A stretch of 64,000 nt of DNA from Candidatus Latescibacterota bacterium (GTDB taxonomy: Bacteria > Latescibacterota > UBA2968 > UBA8231), in the NCBI GenBank assembly GCA_965215195.1, contig CBDCDC010000002.1:800001-864000 (forward strand), read 5' to 3'. Each line of letters starts with the position of its first letter. Within the stretch, counting starts at the first letter, position 1. Positions 1 through 11,698 of this stretch are shown here, piece by piece. A program made the position numbers and the translations under genes. The notes below the pieces were generated by a model. That model was given only the letters and a program-made list of their open reading frames with translations, was not told the origin of the DNA and searched no databases.

Positions 1-416
1 ACGACCATGTACCCGCTCAGGGCGTAGCACAGCCCGGCGCACAGCGCGGCCGGCCGCACCGCACCAAAGGCGCGCACCAGCGCGTACATGCCCACGCCGG
101 CTAACCACAAATGCAAGACAATGTTCCAATTCAGCGCGGCCCATGTGGGCAAAAGCAGCGCCAAAATCACATTGGGCGGATACAGGGGCCCGGCCTGGCC
201 TTCGGCAAACAGGGGGAAGCCGCAGTTGATGGCCGCATTCCACAGCGGCAATTGGCCCTCGCGCAGGGCGCGGGCGAAAAACTCGCGGAACGGGTGGTTT
301 TGCACCATCACGTCCTGCACGAAAAACGCCCCCTCTAGCGCGGCGGCCGGCCAAAAGAAAATGGCCACCGCCGCCCCGAGCAGCCCCACCGCCCCCAGAT
401 CCTTGCGCCACTCCAC
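1..416 (-). CDS. YfhO-family membrane protein (N-terminal part; runs off the window)
   Basis: Manual minus-strand translation from GTG at 416 gives hydrophobic segments plus the YfhO-like string 'LPLWNAAINCGFPLFAEGQAGPLYP' and 'LHLWLAGVGMYAL'. Absent from the ORF track, probably because it is truncated. Confidence 0.75.
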   Translation of the reverse strand, partial: MEWRKDLGAVGLLGAAVAIFFWPAAALEGAFFVQDVMVQNHPFREFFARALREGQLPLWNAAINCGFPLFAEGQAGPLYPPNVILALLLPTWAALNWNIVLHLWLAGVGMYALVRAFGAVRPAALCAGLCYALSGYMV

Positions 417-419
417 GGG

Positions 420-1589
420 CTAGGGCCTCCGCAAATGTGCGCAGAGCCGCTCGGCCGCCAAGGCGTGGCCGGCCGCGTTCCAGTGGCTATCGCGCCAATA
501 CAGGGTTTGGGTTTGGGCCTGTTCCCTGAACTCGTCGAGCAAGTCGATCAGGGCGAATCCGTACTCTTCGGCAAAGCTGGCGAGTTTGGCATTGGGCTTG
601 CGCAGGTCGAACTCGCCAATCAGGCCGTACAGCGCGCGCTTGGCGCGCCAGTTGTCCTCTTCTACTTGGACGATCGACGGCACGTACACAACGGTCAGGC
701 GAGCGCCGTGCTGCTCAACGCTGCGCTTAAAGGCCGCGAGGATGCGGCCCGTCAGTTCCCAAGCCGGGGCAAAGCGCGCGTCCGCGCCGTACAGGCCGGC
801 GTAAAAATCCTGCTGCTGCCCGCGCGGCACCTCCGGCTGCCACGCCTTTTGCGCCAGCCGGTACAAGTGCCAGTGCTGGGAGAAATAGCCCTGCAACCGC
901 GCCGCGAGGGGCAACGAATTTGCGGGCTGTCGCCAAAAGCTTGACTCCTTTACCGGGCTGCCCGCGAGCGCGAGCTGCCCGTTGCTCCGCACCCGGAAGT
1001 AGGGCTTGAAGCCCCGCTCAGCGCCAATGCCCCGGCGCGAAGCATTGTTCCACAGGTCGTTGCCGTAAAAAAAGAGCACCACTTCATCGGCCTCAAAGCG
1101 CGGCCCCTGTTGCTCGAAAAACAGCAGTGCTTGGTCGGTGCCGTAGCCAGCCACCCCGAAGTTAGCTACCTCCACGGCGGCCCCCTCCCGCCGGAGACAG
1201 GCTTCGAGCTGGCGGCTGACCGCGGCCTCTATGGGAACGCCCCACCCCTCGACAAACGAGTCGCCGAACAGGGCCACGCGGCCGACGCCCGCGGCCTTTT
1301 CTGCCGCGAACTCGCGGTCGCGCAAGCCCATGCTGTTGATCTGCATTTCCACGTCGAATTCCGGGGTGACCAAGCGGCCGACGCGGCCTGGGATGTGGCT
1401 CCAACCCAGCTCGGGATCGTAGCACCAGACCGGGGGCCGGCGGAAGAGCTGCGGGTGCAGGAAGCTCAACGCCAGCTCGCACAGGGCGATCCCGATAATT
1501 AAGCTGACCAGTGCGAGGGCTATCTTGGGCGCGTAGCGCATGCTCTGTTTCGTCCGTTCAATTTCACTGCGACCTCTGAAAATCCGCAC
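420..1589 (-). CDS. SGNH/GDSL hydrolase, AlgJ/AlgX-like (start probably the Met at ~1541)
   Basis: GDSF block I, NFGVAGYG block II, GND block III, DSHWN catalytic DxH, and an N-terminal TM helix. Confidence 0.85.
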   Translation of the reverse strand: MRIFRGRSEIERTKQSMRYAPKIALALVSLIIGIALCELALSFLHPQLFRRPPVWCYDPELGWSHIPGRVGRLVTPEFDVEMQINSMGLRDREFAAEKAAGVGRVALFGDSFVEGWGVPIEAAVSRQLEACLRREGAAVEVANFGVAGYGTDQALLFFEQQGPRFEADEVVLFFYGNDLWNNASRRGIGAERGFKPYFRVRSNGQLALAGSPVKESSFWRQPANSLPLAARLQGYFSQHWHLYRLAQKAWQPEVPRGQQQDFYAGLYGADARFAPAWELTGRILAAFKRSVEQHGARLTVVYVPSIVQVEEDNWRAKRALYGLIGEFDLRKPNAKLASFAEEYGFALIDLLDEFREQAQTQTLYWRDSHWNAAGHALAAERLCAHLRRP

Positions 1590-1681
1590 AACAGCGATTT
1601 TCTGTCAACCGCGACGCCCTTGGCCGGGATACCGCGCTTTATCTAACCAGGTGGGCCGCCGACCTATCTTGCCCCGATCTG

Positions 1682-2009
1682 GCCGATAAGGTACTTTTTT
1701 GCCACCTACCTAGAACGCGCCGCAAGGCCAACAAGGAGATCGACATGACCGAGCCTGTAACGCAAGCCCAAGACCACGACCGCCGCATTGGGCGTTTAGA
1801 AGGAATTGCCGAGCAGTTGGACCGCCGCTTGGACTCCATTGAAAAGCGGATTGATGGCGTTGAACGCGCTGTCGCCGACCTATCCCGCCGAATCGACGCG
1901 CTAACGCGCTGGTTGGTCGGGATGCAGGTAGCAACCCTTATCGCACTGGGCACACTGATACTAACCCGCTAACCTTAATCCACCGCCCTAGCTAGCCGAT
2001 AAGGTACTT
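1682..2009 (+). repeat. 15-bp direct repeat GCCGATAAGGTACTT at 1682-1696 and 1995-2009, flanking a small gene
   Basis: Exact duplicate read directly from the sequence. Confidence 0.9.
1745..1972 (+). CDS. Small coiled-coil protein with C-terminal TM helix (DUF1640/XhlA-like)
   Basis: AAGGAG RBS upstream; heptad-like 'LDRRLDSIEKRIDGVE' followed by hydrophobic 'WLVGMQVATLIALGTLIL'. Confidence 0.75.
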   Translation: MTEPVTQAQDHDRRIGRLEGIAEQLDRRLDSIEKRIDGVERAVADLSRRIDALTRWLVGMQVATLIALGTLILTR

Positions 2010-2100
2010 CAGCCCCCAACGACGGCGACGATATAGACAATCTGTCCTTTTTGCAGCGCCTTCTTCAATTTGTTCACTCTAAAAACCCCTGCCCCAACCC

Positions 2101-3216
2101 ATGCGCCACATCCTAGTCACAGGCGGCGCCGGCTTTATCGGCTCGCACACCGTAGATCGCCTCGTCGCCGCGGGCTACCAAGTCCGCATCCTCGACTCCC
2201 TCCAGGAGCGGGTTCACCCCCAAGGCTGGCCCGCCTATCTGCCCGCGGGCGTGGAAAAGATGCGCGGCGACGTGCGCCAACGCGCCGACTGGCTGGCCGC
2301 GCTCGACGGCATCGACGGCGTCATTCACCTAGCGGCCTACCAAGACTACATGCCGGACTTTTCCACCTTCCACCACGTCAACGCGGTCGGCGCGACCCTG
2401 CTCTACGAACTGATCGTCGCGCACAAATTGCCCGTGCGGAAAGTGGTCTTGGCCTCGTCGCAAGCCGTCTATGGCGAGGGCAAGTACCGCTGCGGCGAGC
2501 ACGGCATCATCTATCCCGACGCCCGGCCCGACGCCCAGCTAGCCAGAGCCGAGTGGGAAGTCGGCTGCCCCCATTGCGCCGCCGCCCTCGCACACCAGCC
2601 GATCACCGAAGACACCGTCAACCCCCATACCCCCTATGGCATCTCCAAATACGCAGCCGAGCTAACCTCCTTCAGCCTCGGCCGCAAATACGACATCCCC
2701 ACGGTCAATATGCGCTACTCCATCGTCCAAGGGCCGCGCAACTCCTTTTTCAATGCCTATTCGGGCATTGGCCGCATTTTTGCCCTCCGCGTCCTGCACG
2801 GCCAGCCCCCGGTCTGCTACGAGGACGGCCAATCCCTGCGCGACTACGTCCATGTCGGCGACGTGGCCCGCGCCAATGTCCTCTGTCTCGAAGACGAGCG
2901 CGCTGATTTCCGCTCCTTCAACGTCGCCGGACAGCGCGGCACCACCGTCCTCGAATACGCCCAACTCGTAACGCGCATGGCCGGGCGCACCATCGAACCG
3001 CTCATAAGCGGCGAATACCGCTTTGGCGACACCCGCCACACCGTGTCCTCTGGCGCGGCCCTGCAAGCCCTTGGCTGGCAGCCCGAGATCTCACTCGAAC
3101 AGACCATTGGCGAATACATCGAGTGGATCAAAAGGCAGCCCGAGCTCGCGGACTTCTACGCGGCGGCTCAAGCGAAGATGCGGGCGGCCAACGTCCTCCG
3201 CCGGGCTAGCGCGTGA
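2101..3216 (+). CDS. NAD-dependent nucleotide-sugar epimerase/dehydratase
   Basis: VTGGAGFIGSH Rossmann motif, YGISK (YxxxK), RDYVHV. Confidence 0.92.
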   Translation: MRHILVTGGAGFIGSHTVDRLVAAGYQVRILDSLQERVHPQGWPAYLPAGVEKMRGDVRQRADWLAALDGIDGVIHLAAYQDYMPDFSTFHHVNAVGATLLYELIVAHKLPVRKVVLASSQAVYGEGKYRCGEHGIIYPDARPDAQLARAEWEVGCPHCAAALAHQPITEDTVNPHTPYGISKYAAELTSFSLGRKYDIPTVNMRYSIVQGPRNSFFNAYSGIGRIFALRVLHGQPPVCYEDGQSLRDYVHVGDVARANVLCLEDERADFRSFNVAGQRGTTVLEYAQLVTRMAGRTIEPLISGEYRFGDTRHTVSSGAALQALGWQPEISLEQTIGEYIEWIKRQPELADFYAAAQAKMRAANVLRRASA

Positions 3217-3932
3217 AGGCAATGGTCCTAGCGGCCGGGCGCGGTACGCGCCTGCGTCCACTCACCGACGCGATCCCCAAGGCCATGGTCCCCTTTGCCG
3301 GCAAACCCCTGCTCGAATACGTCGTGCGCCTGTTGGCCCGGCACGGATTCGACGACCTCGTCATCAACCTCCACCACTTGCCCCAAGTCATCGCCGACTA
3401 TTTCGGCGATGGCCGGGCTTGGGGGGTGTCGATTGCCTATTCGCTGGAGGACGACCTGCTCGGCACGGCTGGCGCTGCGCGGCAAGTGGCCGACTTCTTT
3501 GACGGGCCTTTTTTGCTGTACTACGGAGACAACCTGACCAACTTCGACCTAGGCGACTTGTGGCAAAACCACCAGCGCGAAGGCGAGATCGCCAGCATCG
3601 GGCTCGTGCGGCTGGACGACCCGACCACGCGGGGCATCGTCGGGCTCAACGCGCGCGGCCGCATCGACCGCTTCGTGGAAAAACCGCGGCCCGACCAAGT
3701 ATTCGACAACTACTGGGTCAACGCCGGGATCTACGCCCTACAACCCGAAATCCTCGACCGCATCCCGCCCGACGCCCCCTGCGATTTCAGCGAGGTGTTC
3801 GCCGGCTTGCGCGCGGCCGGCCGCTCCCTGCTGGGGCATCCCCTGCGCGGTCAGCTCCTTTCGACCGATACGCCGGAACGCTATGGCCGCGCCTGTCAGC
3901 GCGTGGACTCGGGCGCGTTTGCCCTTCCTTGA
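3213..3932 (+). CDS. Sugar-phosphate nucleotidyltransferase (HddC/GMPP-like)
   Basis: LAAGRGTRLRPLT-PK signature, GTAG, GD, FVEKP, NAGIY. Confidence 0.9.
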   Translation: MKAMVLAAGRGTRLRPLTDAIPKAMVPFAGKPLLEYVVRLLARHGFDDLVINLHHLPQVIADYFGDGRAWGVSIAYSLEDDLLGTAGAARQVADFFDGPFLLYYGDNLTNFDLGDLWQNHQREGEIASIGLVRLDDPTTRGIVGLNARGRIDRFVEKPRPDQVFDNYWVNAGIYALQPEILDRIPPDAPCDFSEVFAGLRAAGRSLLGHPLRGQLLSTDTPERYGRACQRVDSGAFALP

Positions 3933-3944
3933 AACGAGGCTAGT

Positions 3945-4934
3945 TTGATCCTCACCAGAGCGCCCCTGCGCATTCCGCTCGGCGGCGGCGGCACCGACTT
4001 AGCGTCCTATTACACCCACTACGGAGGATTCGTGCTCAGCGTTGGCATCGACAAATACGTCTATATCCAGCTCAACGACCTCGAGGTGGAAGACTTCATT
4101 CGCGTCAAGTACTCGCAGACCGAAAAGGTGGATGCGCCCGGCCAGATCCAACATCCCCTGCTGCGCGAAGCCCTGATCTACGCCGGGATCGACGGTGGAA
4201 TCGAAATCAGCGCGATGTCCGACGTACCCGGTCGCACCGGCCTAGGCTCTTCGGGCGCGTTTACCGTGGCGCTTATGGCCGCGCTCCACGCCTATAAGCG
4301 CGAACACCCCGCTCCCCAAGTGCTAGCGGAGGAAGCCCACTATATCGAAGCGGTGCGGGCCGCCCAGCCAGCCGGCAAACACGACCACTACTTGGGGACC
4401 TTCGGCGGCCTGACTTGCCTCGACATCGATCCCAGCGGTCGGGTCGCAGTCGCGCCACTGGCGATCTCCGCGCCCACGGCCGAGGCCCTCGCCGCCAACA
4501 TGCTGGTCTTTTTTACCGGCATCCGGCGCGAGAGTTCGGACATCCTCGCACGGCAAAACCAAGACACCCAACAAGGCGACGACCGCGTCCTAGACAGCCT
4601 GCATCAGACCAAGCAGATCGGCTACCAGATCAAGGAGGCACTCGAACAAGACGCACTCAACCGCTTCGGCGAATTGCTCCACGAGCACTGGCTGGCCAAA
4701 AAGCAGCGGGCGCAGCAGATATCCAATGCGGACATCAACCGCTGGTACGCGGCCGGCCGCGCGGCCGGGGCCCTCGGCGGCAAGCTGCTGGGGGCCGGCG
4801 GCGGCGGTTTCCTCATGTTCTATTGCCCGGCTGAACGCCACGCCACGCTGCGCGCAACCATGGCCCAAGCGGGCCTGCGCGAGATGCGCTGCCAATTTGC
4901 CACTGAGGGCGTCAAGGTCCTCGTCCGCACCTGA
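3945..4934 (+). CDS. GHMP-family sugar kinase (HddA-like heptose-7-phosphate kinase)
   Basis: RAPLRIPLGGGGTD, PGRTGLGSSG, GKLLGAGGGGF. Confidence 0.88.
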   Translation: MILTRAPLRIPLGGGGTDLASYYTHYGGFVLSVGIDKYVYIQLNDLEVEDFIRVKYSQTEKVDAPGQIQHPLLREALIYAGIDGGIEISAMSDVPGRTGLGSSGAFTVALMAALHAYKREHPAPQVLAEEAHYIEAVRAAQPAGKHDHYLGTFGGLTCLDIDPSGRVAVAPLAISAPTAEALAANMLVFFTGIRRESSDILARQNQDTQQGDDRVLDSLHQTKQIGYQIKEALEQDALNRFGELLHEHWLAKKQRAQQISNADINRWYAAGRAAGALGGKLLGAGGGGFLMFYCPAERHATLRATMAQAGLREMRCQFATEGVKVLVRT

Positions 4935-5779
4935 TGCACACCCTCAACCTAGGCCATGCCGAGGCCGTACACCTGCCCGGCGGCGATTTTCGCCTCGACG
5001 GCGGGACCATGTTCGGCTTGGTGCCCAAGGTCCTGTGGCAGCGCGAGTGCCCCCCGGACGAGCACAACCGCATCCGCCTGTCGTGCAACTGCCTGCTCCT
5101 GAAAACGGGCCGCGCGCTCGTGCTGCTCGACGCCGGCTTTGGCGAGCGCTTCTCCCGGCGCGAGCGCGCCCTGTACGGCATGGACGGCGCACCTGCGCTG
5201 CGCGGCTCGCTGGCCGCGGCCGGCGTGGCCCCGGAGGCGATCACCACCGTCGCGCTCACCCACCTGCACTTCGACCACTTCTGCGGCTGTCTCGTCGAAG
5301 GGCCTCCGGGTCTAGCCCCGCTGTTTCCCAATGCCGTCCACGCGGTGCAGCGCGGCGAGTGGGACGACGCCTTGGCCGGCCGCAGCACCATGCGGACCAG
5401 CTACCGGCCCGAGGAGCTGCACGCCCTCGCCCGCCAAGTCGAGATGCGCTTTCTCGACGGCGACAGCGAATTGGCCCCCGGGCTGACGGCTTTTGTCACC
5501 GGCGGCCACACCCGCGCCCATCAGGGCTTTCGCCTCGCGGCCGGCCGCCACACCCTCGTCTATCCCGGCGAGCTGATCCCCACGCGCCTCCATCTGCGGC
5601 CCTATTGGAACATGGCCTACGACATGTTCCCCTACCAAACCTTGACCCGCAAACAGCGCTTTGCCGCCGAGGCCGCCGCCCGGGGGTGGATCGTGGCTTG
5701 GGACCACGATCCCGACGCCCTGTGGAGCCGCATCGTCCAAGACGGCGAACACTTTGTCGCCCGCGAGGTGGAACTTTGA
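4934..5779 (+). CDS. MBL-fold metallo-hydrolase (YtnP-like)
   Basis: FRLDGGTMFG, THLHFDH metal motif, GGHT-HQ. Confidence 0.9.
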   Translation: MHTLNLGHAEAVHLPGGDFRLDGGTMFGLVPKVLWQRECPPDEHNRIRLSCNCLLLKTGRALVLLDAGFGERFSRRERALYGMDGAPALRGSLAAAGVAPEAITTVALTHLHFDHFCGCLVEGPPGLAPLFPNAVHAVQRGEWDDALAGRSTMRTSYRPEELHALARQVEMRFLDGDSELAPGLTAFVTGGHTRAHQGFRLAAGRHTLVYPGELIPTRLHLRPYWNMAYDMFPYQTLTRKQRFAAEAAARGWIVAWDHDPDALWSRIVQDGEHFVAREVEL

Positions 5780-5814
5780 CCGCGACTAGGCCATGCGTTA
5801 CCTTTAACGCCACT

Positions 5815-6060
5815 ATGTCCTTGGAAGTCATTGAAATTCCCGCCGCGCACCGCGACTTGCTCAACCGCCTGTCCGAGCTAATTCCCGACCTCGAACCAGA
5901 CTCGCCGCAGAGCTTGCAGCGGATCTTCGGTTTGGGGCTGATCGCTTTAACCATGCAGATCGCCAACAAGGCCCGCGCCCAAGATCAAGCGGCCCTAGTC
6001 GCTGAGTTGGGCGATCTCGCCAAGTCCATGGTCGAAGCCGAAGGCTGGTCCTCCCTGTGA
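5815..6060 (+). CDS. Hypothetical 81-aa protein
   Basis: The only protein-like part of track ORF 4726..6060; fills the gap between genes and its stop overlaps the next start (GTGA). Confidence 0.6.
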   Translation: MSLEVIEIPAAHRDLLNRLSELIPDLEPDSPQSLQRIFGLGLIALTMQIANKARAQDQAALVAELGDLAKSMVEAEGWSSL

Positions 6061-6839
6061 TGATCCCACCCTCCGCGCTCGACCTCTTCAGCCTCAAGGG
6101 CCGCACGGCCTTGGTGACGGGCGGCAGCAAGGGCCTCGGGGAAGCCATGGCCTGCGCCCTGTCCGCGGCCGGTGCGGCCGTGGCTCTCACCAGCCGCAAT
6201 GCCGAAGAAGCCCGCGCCGCAGCCGCGCAAATCAGGGCCCACACCAACGGCCGCGTACTCGCCTTCCAAGCCGACGCGGCCGACCGCGCCCAAGTGGAAG
6301 CCTCGGTCCGCCAAACCAGCGACGCTTTGGGGCCCATCGACATCCTAGTCAACAACGCCGGCATCAACATCCGCAGCCCCCTCGTCAAGCTGCGCGACGA
6401 GGATTGGGACGCGGTCCTCGCCATCAACCTCACCGGCCCGATGTACTACTGCCGCGCCGTGGGCCCGCAGATGATCGAGCGCGGCTACGGCCGCGTCATC
6501 AACCTCGGATCTACAGTGTCTCAGGTCTCAATCGCCGACCGCACCCCGTATGCCTCGAGCAAGGGCGGCATCGTCCAGCTCACCAAGACCCTCGCCCTCG
6601 AATGGGCACGGCACGGGATCACCGTCAACGCCATCTGCCCCGGCCCTTTTATCACCCCAATCAACGCCCCCCTGCTGCAAGACCCGGCCAAGGCGCGCCA
6701 AATGATCGCCAAGGTCCCCATGGACCGCTGGGGCGAACCGGCCGAGCTGGCCACGGCCGTTCTCTATTTTGCCTCAGAAGCATCGGGCTTTACCACCGGG
6801 GCGACCCTGGTCGTCGATGGCGGGTACACCGCTCAGTAG
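6057..6839 (+). CDS. SDR oxidoreductase (gluconate 5-dehydrogenase-like)
   Basis: TGGSKGLG, NNAG, YASSK, VNAICPG. Confidence 0.92.
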   Translation: MMIPPSALDLFSLKGRTALVTGGSKGLGEAMACALSAAGAAVALTSRNAEEARAAAAQIRAHTNGRVLAFQADAADRAQVEASVRQTSDALGPIDILVNNAGINIRSPLVKLRDEDWDAVLAINLTGPMYYCRAVGPQMIERGYGRVINLGSTVSQVSIADRTPYASSKGGIVQLTKTLALEWARHGITVNAICPGPFITPINAPLLQDPAKARQMIAKVPMDRWGEPAELATAVLYFASEASGFTTGATLVVDGGYTAQ

Positions 6840-6845
6840 CGCGGT

Positions 6846-7646
6846 CTAAAGCCGACGGCAAACCCTCCTAAAAGCGAACCGCGTCAGGCGGGGCAAGTGC
6901 TGGCGCAGCTTGATCAGCAAATGCGCGGCCGCGTCTGGGACGCTCTTGCGCTTACCCGCAGCTACGGCGTCTGCGATGGCCTGGGCCACTTCCTCGGCCG
7001 ACTTGGCGAACTTTTCCTGCACCGGCAGGTGCTGCGTACCGGCCCGCGCGGCAAACTCGGTATGCACCAAGCCCGGCTCCACGAGGTGGACGCCAATGCC
7101 TTGGGGTGCCAGCTCGTAGTCGAGGCTTTCGGCCAAGCCGCTCATCGCGAATTTGGTCGCGCTGTACACGGCGTGCTTGGGCACGGGGAACTCCCCGACA
7201 ATACTCGAGATGAAGACCAACCGGCCCCGCCCTTGCGCCAGCATACCCGGCAGAAACGCTCGGGTGCAGTAGATGACCCCGAGCAGGTTCGTTTGCACCA
7301 CAGCCGCGCATTCGCGCACATCCGCGTCGGCAAAGGGGCCGTAATGCCCCCGACCCGCGTTGTTGATCAGCACGTCGGCCCCGCCCCATTGCGCCTCCAC
7401 TTCGGCGTGCAAAGCACCGACTTGGGCCAGATCGCCGACGTCGCACACCACCACGAGCGGCCGCCGGCCGCCGCTTTCTTCAATCGCCGACCCCAGTTCT
7501 GCTAAAGCCTCGGCGCGGCGCGCCACCAACGCCAAGCGAGCCCCGCGCTCGGCTAGCACGAGGGCCAAGGCGCGGCCGATGCCGCTGCTGGCCCCGGTCA
7601 GCACGACCCGCAGGTTATCCCAGTTCACAATCCCGTTTTTTTTCAT
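6846..7646 (-). CDS. SDR oxidoreductase
   Basis: TGASSGIG, NNAG, YSATK. Confidence 0.9.
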   Translation of the reverse strand: MKKNGIVNWDNLRVVLTGASSGIGRALALVLAERGARLALVARRAEALAELGSAIEESGGRRPLVVVCDVGDLAQVGALHAEVEAQWGGADVLINNAGRGHYGPFADADVRECAAVVQTNLLGVIYCTRAFLPGMLAQGRGRLVFISSIVGEFPVPKHAVYSATKFAMSGLAESLDYELAPQGIGVHLVEPGLVHTEFAARAGTQHLPVQEKFAKSAEEVAQAIADAVAAGKRKSVPDAAAHLLIKLRQHLPRLTRFAFRRVCRRL

Positions 7647-7838
7647 AATAAGAATTACACCTATTTTTTGTCTTTTAGAGAAAATTTCACAAACCCATTA
7701 TTTTATTAAACTTATATATATTATTTGACTCGTTTTTGCCGTCGTATTTTCACTATGGGAAAACACCTGTTTATTGCTGCGCGGCAAGGGAAAGCGTAAG
7801 TTCTTTATAAACAAAACCCTAGCAAAATCTCCGCCCCT

Positions 7839-7854
7839 TGGCACAAACTTTGCA
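7839..7854 (+). promoter_or_regulatory. Sigma-54 (-24/-12) promoter upstream of groES
   Basis: TGGCAC-AAACT-TTGCA matches TGGCAC-N5-TTGCW exactly, about 45 nt before the groES ATG. Confidence 0.75.
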
Positions 7855-7899
7855 TATAACATCCCAGAGCCATTTTACCCCAAAAAGGAGGAGCCACTC

Positions 7900-9838
<1,939 letters not shown>

Positions 9839-9864
9839 GGGGAGCTTGGCGCACGTGCGAAAGC

Positions 9865-9905
9865 GAAAGCGGGCGGGGTGTTTCATCCCGCCCGCTTTCT
9901 TTGTT
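9865..9905 (+). terminator. Rho-independent terminator after groEL
   Basis: GAAAGCGGGCGGG...CCCGCCCGCTTTC stem followed by TTTGTT. Confidence 0.85.
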
Positions 9906-10015
9906 GAATTATATACATGAGTGTCGATAATCAAGCCACGACCATTCGATTCCAACGAGAAGTTCTATGACCCTACGCTGAGCAAATTCGCCGTGGGCAA
10001 TCTGCGAGGAAACAG

Positions 10016-10444
10016 ATGGAAAAAGTGAAAAACTATTTTGATCGAGAACGAGTAGATACCGTAGGAGCATTTCTATCTTTTTCGTGTGCGATCCACTGCG
10101 TGGCAATGCCGCTTTTAGTAACAATTCTGCCGTTATTGGGGCTTGGGTTCCTCGCAAGCGAACGCGCGGAATTAATCATTATTGGAGCCGTTGCACTCGC
10201 ATTAGGTAGCGTCGTTTGGGGGATTAGGCATCACAGAAGTTGGCGAGCATTTCTCATCCTCGTAGTGGCAGTAGCGTTCATCGCCACCGCCCACATTGCT
10301 ACTGAAGGAATCTTTGAAGTAGTCCTCCATGCAACAGGAGGCCTCCTCCTCGCAGCAGCACATCTCCTAAATCGGCACCTATGTAAAATATGTCCTGCAT
10401 GTGAACGCGAACATCCGGGTGATTTCCACTCGCTGCGGCATTGA
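10016..10444 (+). CDS. MerC-domain membrane protein (AT-richer than its neighbours)
   Basis: 'D-VGAFLSFSCAIHC' MerC-type motif, four TM segments, C-terminal AAHLLN and CxxCxxC. Confidence 0.8.
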   Translation: MEKVKNYFDRERVDTVGAFLSFSCAIHCVAMPLLVTILPLLGLGFLASERAELIIIGAVALALGSVVWGIRHHRSWRAFLILVVAVAFIATAHIATEGIFEVVLHATGGLLLAAAHLLNRHLCKICPACEREHPGDFHSLRH

Positions 10445-10579
10445 CAGCCATCGTCGTTTGCTTGAAAGTTTAGCGGCTGAAGATTCAGCCGCTGTCCCAG
10501 CTATTTGGGACACGCAGGTATATAATTCCCTTTCGTTGGATACGCGATTTCAGTCCACTACTTCCCCAAGGACCTACCC

Positions 10580-11698
10580 ATGCCCACCCTGTACCAACGC
10601 CTCGGCCTGCGCCCCTTCATCAACGCCCGCGGCACCATCACCACGCTCGGCGGCTCCATCATGCCCGCGCCCGTGGTCGAGGCCATGGTCGAAGCGTCGC
10701 GCCAATTCGTCCACCTCAACGAGTTGCACGAAAAGGCCGGGGCCCGCATTGCCGAGTTGACCGGGGCCGAAGCGGCCTTTGTGTCTGCGGGCGCGGCCAG
10801 CGGCATGCTCTTGGCCGGTGCGGCCTGCCTGACCGGCATGGACGCCCGCGCCATTGCCCAGCTTCCCGAGGTCGAAGATCGGCCCAACCAGTTCGTCATC
10901 AGCTTGGTCGATTCGCATTCCTACGTCCATCAGGGCTTTCGCGTCAGCGGCGGCGAGCTGGTCAAAGTCGGGAGCAAAAAAGCGGTGACGCTCGACGATT
11001 ACGTCGCCGGTATTGGCCCCAAGACTGCGGCTGTCGTGTACTTCCTCGGCAGCCAGCCCCTGTCCGAGCTGCCCGCGCTCGTCGCCGCCGCCCACGAGCG
11101 CAACGTGCCGGTCATCGTGGATGCGGCCGCGCAACTGCCGCCGCGCTCCAACCTGACCGACCTGCCGGCCATGGGCTGCGACCTGTCGGTGTTCAGCGGC
11201 GGCAAGGGCCTGTTTGGGCCGCAGTCATCGGGTCTGATCTTGGGACGCCAAGACCTGATTGCCGCCTGCCACCTCAACTCCAACCCGCACTCGGCCATTG
11301 GCCGCGGCATGAAGGTCGGCAAAGAGGAAATATGCGGCTTGGTGCGTGCGGTCGAACTGTTCTTTGAAATGGATGAGGCAGCGCAAGTGGCCGAGTGGGA
11401 GCGCCGCTGCCGAGTCGTGGCCGAGGCCGTCGAAGGCCTCGCCGGCATTGAGGCCCGTTTTACCAGAGCCTACGAGAACAAATTTCCGCCGGCCTCGCCG
11501 CTGGTGCATCTGCACTTTGGCGACGCGCAAGTCGCCGACGCGGTCGCCCGCGCCTTAGAGGAAGGCGAGCCGTCGATCCTCGTCAGCGGCAGCGACACCG
11601 CGCTCAGCATTGGGCCGCAGACCCTCTTAGACGGCCAAGCCGAAATCATCGCCGACCGCCTCCAGCACATCTTAACCACAGGAGCCAATCCGCCATGA
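10580..11698 (+). CDS. SelA-like PLP-dependent enzyme (DgaE-type)
   Basis: INARGTIT-LGGS, VDAAAQ, FSGGKG with PLP lysine, GRGMKVGKEE. Confidence 0.85.
   Translation: MPTLYQRLGLRPFINARGTITTLGGSIMPAPVVEAMVEASRQFVHLNELHEKAGARIAELTGAEAAFVSAGAASGMLLAGAACLTGMDARAIAQLPEVEDRPNQFVISLVDSHSYVHQGFRVSGGELVKVGSKKAVTLDDYVAGIGPKTAAVVYFLGSQPLSELPALVAAAHERNVPVIVDAAAQLPPRSNLTDLPAMGCDLSVFSGGKGLFGPQSSGLILGRQDLIAACHLNSNPHSAIGRGMKVGKEEICGLVRAVELFFEMDEAAQVAEWERRCRVVAEAVEGLAGIEARFTRAYENKFPPASPLVHLHFGDAQVADAVARALEEGEPSILVSGSDTALSIGPQTLLDGQAEIIADRLQHILTTGANPP

Noticed and set aside
4726-6060. 444-aa track ORF
   Set aside because: The Arg/Pro-rich part is a shadow frame over real genes. Only 5815-6060 is retained.
10016-10444. 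Mercury-resistance operon
   Set aside because: No merA, merR, merT or merP. A solo MerC-domain gene fits general metal handling better.
10472-10512. Twin hairpins after the MerC gene as a riboswitch
   Set aside because: Short stems with no recognisable aptamer motif. More likely a terminator or stability element.
10580-11698. Selenocysteine synthase selA
   Set aside because: Too short and lacking the SelA N-terminal domain, with no selB or selC nearby. It fits the SelA-like/DgaE group.
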